NCBI GenBank assembly: GCA_040756235.1
Contig: JBFLZG010000104.1
Coordinates: forward strand, 1 to 34,140
Origin: a bacterium
Lineage (GTDB): Bacteria; Desulfobacterota; DSWW01
Length of the DNA: 34,140 nt
Direction: 5' to 3'
Shown: in pieces, positions 27,254 to 34,140 of the stretch
Numbering within the stretch: position 1 is the first letter of the stretch
Layout: the number at the start of each line of letters is the position of its first letter
Made by a program: the position numbers and the translations under genes
The notes under the pieces: generated by a model
What the model was told of the DNA's origin: nothing
The model's input: only the letters and a program-made list of their open reading frames with translations
Database searches by the model: none

Positions 27254-28594
27254 TCATGCCTGTATCTTAGTGAGCGCGTCCCGGACAACCTTGGCGACCG
27301 ACGCATCCGGGTCCGTCATTATGTGTCTCAGTGCAGGCAATGCAGGAATGGCTGCCTGGCCGCAAAGGCCAAGAACCACCGCTGAGCGCCCACGGATAGG
27401 CCAATTCGGGTGTTGCAGTCCGGGGATAAGGGCGGCAACAATCTGGTCCGCCGCCAGAGGACCTAATTTCGCCAAGGTGCCAGCAGCAGCCAGCTTCACT
27501 GACCAATCCGAATCCTCAAGCAGTTTAACGAGTTCGCGCTCCGCTGCGGCAGCACTTGCTCCGAGTTTACCCAAGGAATCCGCTGCACATCTTCTGGCGG
27601 AGGGATTTGGCGCGCTAAGCAGACCAGTCAACGCCTCAACGGATGCATCTCCAATTTGGACAAGCGCGTCGCAAGCCACTTTCACCAGGGAGGTTTCGAA
27701 CCCTATCAAGAGTGTGCCCGAAGAACCGCCGGTAGTCCTTACGGCCTCCTCAACCTGTTGAACTATATCTTTGCCTGCCTTCCCGTGCGCGGCTATCCTT
27801 GCAAGCGACTCGATCGCTGGCGTTCCTTCCGATCCAGCCCTTTCCATGAGCTTCACGAGACAGAACGTCGCCCGTTCGGTTCCTGCCCGATTAACAGCCT
27901 CCACGCACGCTGCGACGTGGGCTCCTGTAGGCGAGACACCGAGATCGTTGAGCACTATTGCGGCATTGTCCCGAACGCATTGGTCGCCATCACCGAGAGC
28001 GTCGAACATTTCTCCCTCTATGCCTGGGATTGCCTGGAGATCACGCGGACAATTTCGTGTCAAAGCTTCGGCTGCTGCCCGGCGGTCCTTTACTGAATCG
28101 CTGTGAAGTAGTTGGAATAGTAACGCTTCAATGCCCGGGTGCCCTCGCAGGTCGCGGGGCCAACTGCGCGTAAAGGCGTAGGTGGCCCAACTTCGATCCT
28201 CTTCTGAATCGCTGCGAATTAAGCGACTCGCGTAGTCCCGCACCGCGCAAAGGCAGACCTCGTCAGTCCACTTGGATGTGTCTCCCGTAAGCAGACCTGT
28301 AACGTAGGTGCGGATTTCCTCATTTCCAGTCATCAGCGCATCCAGCAACATGCCCCTGACCTTCGGCCTGTTCTCCTCCCCGCCGAAACGGAGCAGCAAC
28401 GCAGCCGTTCTGAGTTTGATCCTTGGCGACGTTTGGCTGCGTTCCAGAGTCTGCCAAAGCTTAGGCAACGATTCCTCGCCCTTCGACCACCAGGAATCCT
28501 CCAATCGCTGCAGCCGCTGCAATTCCTCGTCCTCTTCGTTATGATTTGCTGTCTTGGAACGCCTCACTGCAAACAGCCTCTGCCACCACCTCAT
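27254..28594 (-). CDS. HEAT repeat protein
   Basis: Repeats LL.SDSVKDRRAAAEAL, LGDGDQCVRDNAA, LLEDSDWSVKLAAAGTL, DPDASVAKVVRDAL; AAGGAG RBS. Confidence 0.88.
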   Translation of the reverse strand: MRWWQRLFAVRRSKTANHNEEDEELQRLQRLEDSWWSKGEESLPKLWQTLERSQTSPRIKLRTAALLLRFGGEENRPKVRGMLLDALMTGNEEIRTYVTGLLTGDTSKWTDEVCLCAVRDYASRLIRSDSEEDRSWATYAFTRSWPRDLRGHPGIEALLFQLLHSDSVKDRRAAAEALTRNCPRDLQAIPGIEGEMFDALGDGDQCVRDNAAIVLNDLGVSPTGAHVAACVEAVNRAGTERATFCLVKLMERAGSEGTPAIESLARIAAHGKAGKDIVQQVEEAVRTTGGSSGTLLIGFETSLVKVACDALVQIGDASVEALTGLLSAPNPSARRCAADSLGKLGASAAAAERELVKLLEDSDWSVKLAAAGTLAKLGPLAADQIVAALIPGLQHPNWPIRGRSAVVLGLCGQAAIPALPALRHIMTDPDASVAKVVRDALTKIQA

Positions 28595-28789
28595 TTCCGG
28601 CTCCTTATTCTTGCGTCAGAGACGAAGAACGGTTCGATGCGTTGCCCCTCGGACGCGTTCCGGTTTGATGTATTTCACGGTCGTCGTAGCAGACTTCCGA
28701 GTTGCTCAGCATTGCGCGCGAGCCGAAAAAATTATTGGGTGCGAGGAGTAAAGTATCCTGAAGGAGCAAAGCGAAGTTGGTCGAGAGAT

Positions 28790-28831
28790 TTATCAAAGCA
28801 TAAACGACGTTGTCAAGCCCCAACAGCCCCT
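28790..28831 (-). repeat. Non-coding module copy C, promoter end, separated by the IS1 insertion
   Basis: TTATCAAAGCATAAACGACGTTGTCAAGCCCC matches the left ends of copies A and B. Confidence 0.85.
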
Positions 28832-28849
28832 GGTAGTGTCCTAATTTGA

Positions 28850-29674
28850 TCAGTCGTTCGCCAACTCGACGATATCCCGAATCGTCCATATCCTATCCGT
28901 AACGCCCGCCTCAAGGGCCGGTGTAACCTTCAGGCTTCGATGGATCCTGATGAAGTTGTAATGTGCGAAATGGACGGCAACGGCAGCCTTCAGGTTCTCC
29001 AGTTTCTTGCTGAAACCATTCGTCAGCCTAGTCAAGCGCCGCATCGACATCCTCATGGTGAGATTTTGCCTTTCGATGTATGAGGTGGAGACTTGGGCAA
29101 GATCCGGCGATCCAGAGATGTATTTCTTTTCTGTGGCCACAACTTTCGGCGGACTATACCTACCCGGACCGATCGGTTCCGCCTCATATGACTTTACGAT
29201 CTGCGCGTAATCCACATCCAGGCCAAAGGCCGCATCCACGGCCTCGACGTACAGGTTTAGAGCATCCGAGCTGATTTGAATCCGATTGGCCAGCCTAGAA
29301 GAAAGATCGAAGATGAAGGCGTGAGCCGTGGCCGAATCGCGTTTGCCCACCTTGTACGTGGGAACCAGCTTTGTGTCAGAGTCCAGGGCAACCCACGTCC
29401 AGAAGTCGCCGACCTTGTTTGGATTGTCCGTACTCAGGACGTGCCGTTGCTTCTTCCCAACGTAGGACCATACTTCGTCAACCTGGATATGCCTACAGGG
29501 AAGATCGCGCATGGCCACATCCATCAGGGTTTCGCAGGCATTGCCGATCCGAAGCATGAGCCGCATGATCGTATCCCGATGAACGCCACTCATGCGTTCC
29601 GCCGAACGGATTGAGGCTCCTTCTACAAGGGCAGAGATCACGGCTTCCTGCTTCTCGGATCGCAATTTATTCAT
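28850..29674 (-). CDS. IS1-family DDE transposase (single ORF, HTH plus DDE)
   Basis: MNKL..LVEGASIRS..R..GV..DT; IQVDEVW, ISSD, STSYIERQNLTMRM..RRLTRLTNGFSKK, HYNF.R.H.SL.VTPA; GGAGG RBS. Confidence 0.93.
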   Translation of the reverse strand: MNKLRSEKQEAVISALVEGASIRSAERMSGVHRDTIMRLMLRIGNACETLMDVAMRDLPCRHIQVDEVWSYVGKKQRHVLSTDNPNKVGDFWTWVALDSDTKLVPTYKVGKRDSATAHAFIFDLSSRLANRIQISSDALNLYVEAVDAAFGLDVDYAQIVKSYEAEPIGPGRYSPPKVVATEKKYISGSPDLAQVSTSYIERQNLTMRMSMRRLTRLTNGFSKKLENLKAAVAVHFAHYNFIRIHRSLKVTPALEAGVTDRIWTIRDIVELAND

Positions 29675-29714
29675 TGCCTTTTCCTCCAAAACACGCTATC
29701 CTAGAAGAGAAAGA

Positions 29715-29784
29715 TGGAGCGGAGGGGAATCGAACCCCCGACGAGCGGATGTAGAGCCCGGCTCTGGGTACCAACCCCCGCCCC
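29715..29784 (-). ncRNA. 70 nt tRNA-like element in the transposase leader (non-canonical)
   Basis: Acceptor stem GGGGCGG/CCGCTCC plus discriminator A; T-arm GGGGG-TTCGATT-CCCCT; short hairpins GGGT-TGGT-ACCC and AGAGC-CGG-GCTCT; no 7 nt anticodon loop and no encoded CCA. Confidence 0.55.
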
Positions 29785-29922
29785 ATGAATCGCCACGGCC
29801 CTAGACCTGCATCGCGCCAACGATTTGTCCAGGTCTAGGGCCTTCGCATTATGGCCCCCACTGGCGGCGACATGACCGGTGGGGGCTATGACTCTTCTCA
29901 TTTCCCCATCCTCCTGGTGCCC

Positions 29923-29951
29923 TTTATACACGAACCCGAGAAGCCTGTCAA
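29923..29951 (-). promoter_or_regulatory. Sigma70-type promoter for the transposase leader
   Basis: Minus strand TTGACA-17 nt-TATAAA. Confidence 0.75.
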
Positions 29952-30063
29952 CTGCTATCGGATGCCTATCGGCCAACCTGGCTGATTTTTTTTATCGGAT
30001 TGCCTCTTGACTTCCTGTATCCTATCATAGAGAATGGCGACAAACAATAGAAGGAGACAAGCG

Positions 30064-30903
30064 ATGTCTACAGAAGAGCCTAAACAGAGCAAACTGAGGA
30101 GTCCTAACTTTCCCAATATGCCACTCGATTCAGCCATCAATAAGGCCCGGAGGCTGTATGAGAAGTTCTTTAGGAATCCGGTTCCTTACCCTGTCGCCAT
30201 GGATTTCCTTGGCATGTCTCCGACAAGCAGCAGTTCCATGCAGACTGTTGCCACCCTCTCTAGCTACGGGCTGATCTTGGTAGAAGGTAGTGGGATGGAC
30301 AGGAGGCTAAAAGTCTCCGATTTATTATTCACAATCTTGAAGAGTCCAAACGTAGGCTCAAAAAAGGATGCTATTAAGGCCGCAGCCTTGAAGCCGCCCA
30401 TATTTAGGAAGATTAAGGAGGAATACTCCAATCAGTCTCCTGATGATAAAGTGCTAGCCTATGATCTTGAGGCTAAGTTTTCATTTAACCCAAAGACAAT
30501 AAAGCATTTTTTGACCATTTACCGAAAGACAATGCTCTTTGCAAACGTCTACGATGGTGATATAATCCAGGACGAGGCAGATGAAATACCAGATGTGATC
30601 ATGCAGGAAAACGGAAGTCCTGGAGAAGGCAAAATGACAAATATTGACAATTACGATTTGCCTAATGGCGCACGTCGAAGGCCAGCAATCCAACAAGTTG
30701 CGACGGAGAGGGAGATTGCCAGTTATCCCGCTGGACCCGGTCTAAGGATCCGAATCACTGCTTCTGGGGAAGGTCCCGTTACTCGGAAGGCTATCGCGAA
30801 ACTCATACGGCATTTAGAATTGGACAAAGAAGACTTTCCTGAACATGAAGGATCTTCCTCAAAAGAGAGCGAAGCTGGAGAGAATGGTCCGATCGAAGAG
30901 TAA
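30064..30903 (+). CDS. Hypothetical passenger protein (start 30034 or 30064)
   Basis: Long low-GC ORF; AAGGAG before ATG 30064; RSPNFP..L..AI, TLSSYGLI, AALKPPIF suggest a winged-helix-like fold (inference). Confidence 0.75.
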   Translation: MSTEEPKQSKLRSPNFPNMPLDSAINKARRLYEKFFRNPVPYPVAMDFLGMSPTSSSSMQTVATLSSYGLILVEGSGMDRRLKVSDLLFTILKSPNVGSKKDAIKAAALKPPIFRKIKEEYSNQSPDDKVLAYDLEAKFSFNPKTIKHFLTIYRKTMLFANVYDGDIIQDEADEIPDVIMQENGSPGEGKMTNIDNYDLPNGARRRPAIQQVATEREIASYPAGPGLRIRITASGEGPVTRKAIAKLIRHLELDKEDFPEHEGSSSKESEAGENGPIEE

Positions 30904-31231
30904 ACCGACTACAGAAGTATCTCTGGATCAACTCGCCAAGGTTATCCGTGATCTTCATGGATGCGGCTCAACCTGGGTGGAGTCTGTTCCAGTTAAGGAA
31001 GTCTTTCGGGGTCAAACCGTATGGGAGGGGATCGTCCAGGTTTTCGATTTACACGGTCACCCAACAGCAACCCGCTGCTATGCATGGTCGCACGGCTTTG
31101 ATGATTCGCAGAAAAGGAAGTTTTATGCGGTTCTTCATCAAGGACTGGTAGATTCGCCGCAAAATGCAGTCAGGGCAGCGATAGCCTCTGAATATCGGAA
31201 GAATGGCCCGGGAATCGTCGAAAGGAGGTAA
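30884..31231 (+). CDS. Hypothetical passenger protein
   Basis: GGAG RBS, overlaps the upstream stop; LHGC..VESVPVKE.F.GQTVWEG.V.VFDL.GHP.A.RCYAWS..FYAVLH. Confidence 0.75.
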   Translation: MVRSKSKPTTEVSLDQLAKVIRDLHGCGSTWVESVPVKEVFRGQTVWEGIVQVFDLHGHPTATRCYAWSHGFDDSQKRKFYAVLHQGLVDSPQNAVRAAIASEYRKNGPGIVERR

Positions 31232-31235
31232 CTCA

Positions 31236-31460
31236 ATGGCCATATCCGAAGAAACCAGGAAGGCTCTTTATAGAAGGGCTGGAGGCAGATGTGAATGCAC
31301 AATGGCGGTGTGCGCCCATCACACGGGTAGGTGCCAGCACAGTCTCGGGTCGGGATGGGAAGCTCATCACAGGACCGCAGGTGGTCCCAGCGACCTAGGC
31401 AACCTTATCGCAATGTGCGCGACGTGTCACAAAAACACGCGTACCTACGGCAGAAGATGA
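31236..31460 (+). CDS. Small HNH endonuclease
   Basis: AAAGGAGGT RBS; RAGGRCEC..C, EAHH, GG....NLIAMCATCH. Confidence 0.85.
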   Translation: MAISEETRKALYRRAGGRCECTMAVCAHHTGRCQHSLGSGWEAHHRTAGGPSDLGNLIAMCATCHKNTRTYGRR

Positions 31461-31808
31461 CCACCTGCGGTATAGATCTGTGATGAGCGCTGTTGTGGAT
31501 GGGATTGCGGCCCAATCGACAAACAGTTCTCCACAAATATTACCACCTTCTGTAATGCGAATAAAGACATTAACCCTATCTCCAACTTGACCGACGATTC
31601 CCGGGCCTAGGTATCCAAGAACGAAACTGGCGAGCTCCTTCCAGTCATCTCCGTACAAGAAGCTGACCCATGCCGAGCGTCCTTTCCCACCTTGGCAACT
31701 TTCGATCGTCCTAAGCGCAGGGAAAAGACTGAGGGCGCTCACCAACCCCGCTATCTGCTCATCAACCAGAACATTGACTTTCACGGAAACCGTCCTATGC
31801 CTTCTCAT
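31395..31808 (-). CDS. Hypothetical passenger protein with TYW3-like N-terminal motif
   Basis: AAGGAG RBS next to the IR; VDEQIAGLVSAL..RTIESCQG; overlaps the HNH gene convergently by 66 nt. Confidence 0.65.
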   Translation of the reverse strand: MRRHRTVSVKVNVLVDEQIAGLVSALSLFPALRTIESCQGGKGRSAWVSFLYGDDWKELASFVLGYLGPGIVGQVGDRVNVFIRITEGGNICGELFVDWAAIPSTTALITDLYRRWSSSAVGTRVFVTRRAHCDKVA

Positions 31809-31848
31809 GCCAATTAAGATGCTCCTTTTGCCAAATTAGGACACTACC

Positions 31849-32143
31849 CAGCCCCTTCTTGCCTTGCTGGACTGACAGTTGATCCAAAGGGCAGAGGGGG
31901 GTACTGGAGGTTGAATAGACTGACATCCGGTCAGCCTATTCCGGGCGAAACCCAAGTGCGCGGAAGTTCGGTTTGCGGGGTTCTTTGATCCTCCGGCAGA
32001 CATCTGTTCGGTTTGGCTTATGCCTAAGAAACAGGAACAAACATGGCTGGTTGCTTTGGCCGGTCCAGACGGCCGCCACGGGACGACCCGCCCCGCGTCC
32101 ATATACCACCCATGAGATCAGGTGCTCTCGGCGCCCCTCTTCC
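31849..32143 (-). repeat. Non-coding module copy C, main body
   Basis: Resumes at AGCCCCTTCTT right after the IR; shares CTGACAG, GGCAGAGGG, TAGACTGAC..GTCAGCCTA, GGAAGTTCGGT and GCTGGTTGCTTTG with copies A and B. Confidence 0.9.
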
Positions 32144-32454
32144 TCCGTCACTGAGGAAAAGAAGCCAAAAACCAGAGGAGAGAAAACGAACTAACCAAGC
32201 AGTTTCATAGGAAAAATCGGCAGATGTTACGTGCAGCTTGCTCAAGCACGTCTGCGACGAGGCACTCGTGCGATCTTCCTCTTCCGGCGGGTCTTATCCC
32301 AGATCCCGACCTTGAGATCTCGATGCTTTTGCTGCTTCGGCCTGAACCGTGCGACAACCCTTCAGACCGCAAGCTTCCTCACGGTATAGGAGACTGCGTG
32401 CAACCAACGAGATACATGGGTCAAGGCGGCCCGGCTGCCTGACCGAGGGTCAGC

Positions 32455-32712
32455 CTATCTGCCGAGGGCTGGCAACTCCTCCCGGATCACTCGCCGGATT
32501 ACATCTTCAAGAGATTCCTGTCTTGATGAAACGTACTCACGCAGGGCCATATTGATGAGCGTCTGGTAGTTCCCTCCACCCGCCGCGTGAACCTGTTTCC
32601 GGAACCAACCGAGGATGTCATCATCGATGCGGATCGTAATCCGGGTCTTGCCTGAAGACGGCTGAATCACGGGTCCGCGCTTCCCCTTGCTAAAGTCATA
32701 TTCCTTTTTCAT
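32455..32712 (-). CDS. brnA: BrnA family antitoxin
   Basis: MKKEYDFSKGKRG..KTRITIRIDDDIL.WF..NYQTLINMALREY. Confidence 0.9.
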   Translation of the reverse strand: MKKEYDFSKGKRGPVIQPSSGKTRITIRIDDDILGWFRKQVHAAGGGNYQTLINMALREYVSSRQESLEDVIRRVIREELPALGR

Positions 32713-32977
32713 GGAGCACCCTCATATCTTCTGCGCTCTCGCGACGTAGCCTTTCGCGCAGATATCAGACGGATCGAATCTCCCCGCCACCGTAAACGAC
32801 AACGAGGACTCTTCCCATCGCGTCCATTCCGATGGTGACGAAACGGTTTTCACTCTCACGATCATCGGGCACGGTAACGGCAAGTTCGTCATAGAGGACC
32901 GCCACGGCGTCGGCGAAGTCCACGCCGTGCTTATCCATGTTCACGGCAGCTTTTCGTTGGTCCCATTCGAATCTCAT
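32709..32977 (-). pseudogene. brnT: BrnT family toxin with -1 frameshift
   Basis: MRFEWDQRKAAVNMDKHGVDFADA..ENRFVTIG..VLVVVY, then a shifted frame near 32791 reads WRGDSIRLISARKATSRERRRYE, ending in an ATGA overlap with brnA. Confidence 0.9.
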
Positions 32978-32985
32978 TGCGTTCC

Positions 32986-33014
32986 ATTCTGTGCACAGTG
33001 TGCATACTTGTCAA
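32986..33014 (-). promoter_or_regulatory. brnTA promoter with probable operator
   Basis: Minus strand TTGACA-17 nt-CAGAAT, 8 nt before the ATG with no SD; spacer holds TATGCACA-C-TGTGCACA. Confidence 0.7.
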
Positions 33015-33322
33015 GCTCTCGTGTAGGATCGCTCGACTTGATCGGGCCAGTGGGACGGGCGGATGGAGCTACGTGCGCCGCGTCTCCGCGCAGCCGCTCT
33101 GCTGCCAGAGCCTCTCGAAGATCATCCCGGGCCCGATGCGCCGGGACCCCACCTCGAGCGATTCCCCTCTCTGATGGGCCGAGATCACCGTCAAGACTTC
33201 CGAGAAGCATGCCCCGGACCGAAGCAGGGACTGCATTGCCCCGCGAAGCCTTCAGCAGATCCAAGCGGCCCCATCAAGGAAGATGCTTGAGTAGCTGTCT
33301 CGGGAGGCCTCGGAGCAATCCT

Positions 33323-33770
33323 TCAGGAGCCTCGTCCGAACAGCTCCGGCCGGATCGCCGCCGCCTGGGCGGCGGCGAATTCGACCGACGCCATCTCGTT
33401 CATCCGGTCGAACCAGGTGCGGTCCTGCGAGCGGTTCGCCTTCCATCGCTCTCGGACCTCCACGAACTCGTCGGTCAGGGCGGCCACCGCCCGGAGCTTC
33501 AGCACGTCGGCGAAGTACCGCCTCGTTCGGCGGTGGGCCTCGAGGTACTGGCCTATTTGGAGCAGGAAGTCCTGGCCGTGATCGAAGTCCTCGGCTTCCT
33601 CCCGGCAGGTGGGCCTCTTCGCCCGCAGCCCGGTCAGCAGGTGGGCGGCACGGGGGAACTGGATGGCGCCCGAGAGGAAGTGGACCAGCGCCAGCGGGAG
33701 GTTGGTCACGGGATAGATGCGGTGGACGTATCTTGCCGCCCGAATGGCCGGCTCCCACAGGCCGGCGTTC
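33323..33770 (-). pseudogene. Probable 3' fragment of a larger unknown gene
   Basis: Host-like codon usage; frame stays open upstream of GTG 33709 (NAGLWEPAIRAARYVHRIYPVTNLP) with no start or RBS, then meets unrelated DNA near 33770. Confidence 0.5.
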
Positions 33771-33771
33771 T

Positions 33772-34089
33772 GAATTGGACGAGTGTGGGGGCGGGGATTA
33801 CCGAACCGAGGATGACGTGAGTACCCTTCTCTATGAGCTTGGGCAAAAGCTTCAAAAAGGCAAGGCGCCGCGCGAATCCAGAAGGCGGATTCTCGACGCT
33901 GTGACGGCCTATATCAAGAGCGGCAACGCCGGCATGGATGATGCGCTCTATGAGGTAGCCTATGCAACCTGCCGTGAGAAGGAAGATTGGCGTAATCTTG
34001 CCACGTGTCTTGAAGCCATAGGCAGGGAATGGCCGAGAGACCACGCCCGCAGGATCTACCGGCAGATCGGCGATGACATAGGCTCCTGA
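33772..34089 (+). pseudogene. Internal fragment of a helical hypothetical protein
   Basis: ELDECGGGDY.TEDDV..SGNAGMDDALYEVAYATC..ARRIYRQIGD reads as a real protein but has no credible start and ends abruptly. Confidence 0.5.
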
Positions 34090-34140
34090 AGTGAATAGAC
34101 GAGCACGGTAAGAGCAGAGGCAAATCATTGCCGCCGGAGC

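Larger units (their letters stand above)
28832..31848 (-). mobile_element. Complete IS1-family transposon with passenger genes, 3017 bp
   Basis: Perfect 17 bp IRs GGTAGTGTCCTAATTTG (28832-28848) and CAAATTAGGACACTACC (31832-31848); 8 bp target duplication CAGCCCCT at 28824-28831 and 31849-31856. Confidence 0.95.

Noticed and set aside
29715..29784. Functional tRNA or tmRNA gene
   Set aside because: It lacks a 7 nt anticodon loop and a normal D-arm, and has no tag-reading-frame region; kept only as tRNA-like.
22155..32143. CRISPR array or conserved peptide as explanation of the triplicated module
   Set aside because: No short regularly spaced repeats; indels break the ORFs differently in each copy.

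Overview
The window has two halves. Positions 1-17526 hold a GC-rich, co-oriented + strand cluster that looks like a biosynthetic operon for a modified lipid or polyketide. It starts with the 3' part of a PfaA/Hgl-like type I PKS (ACP, dehydratase, fused C-terminal PPTase). A free ACP, two alkaline-phosphatase-superfamily enzymes, an alpha/beta hydrolase, two tandem SDRs, a GT1 glycosyltransferase, a methyltransferase, a SnoaL-like protein, an MFS/GPH transporter and three secreted proteins follow. Positions 17600-34140 are a mosaic accessory region, mostly - strand and lower in GC. It carries three diverged copies of a ~320 bp non-coding module with a TTGACA promoter-like end, each heading a run of - strand genes; two runs contain integron attC-like sites, but there is no intI in the window. 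One copy is split by a complete 3017 bp IS1-family transposon with 17 bp IRs, an 8 bp target duplication, four passenger genes and a 70 nt tRNA-like structure in the transposase leader. The region also has a GH51 lipoprotein, a frameshifted AIPR gene, two toxin-antitoxin pairs with broken toxin-side genes, and several gene fragments. All family calls come from motif recognition by eye; no searches were run.
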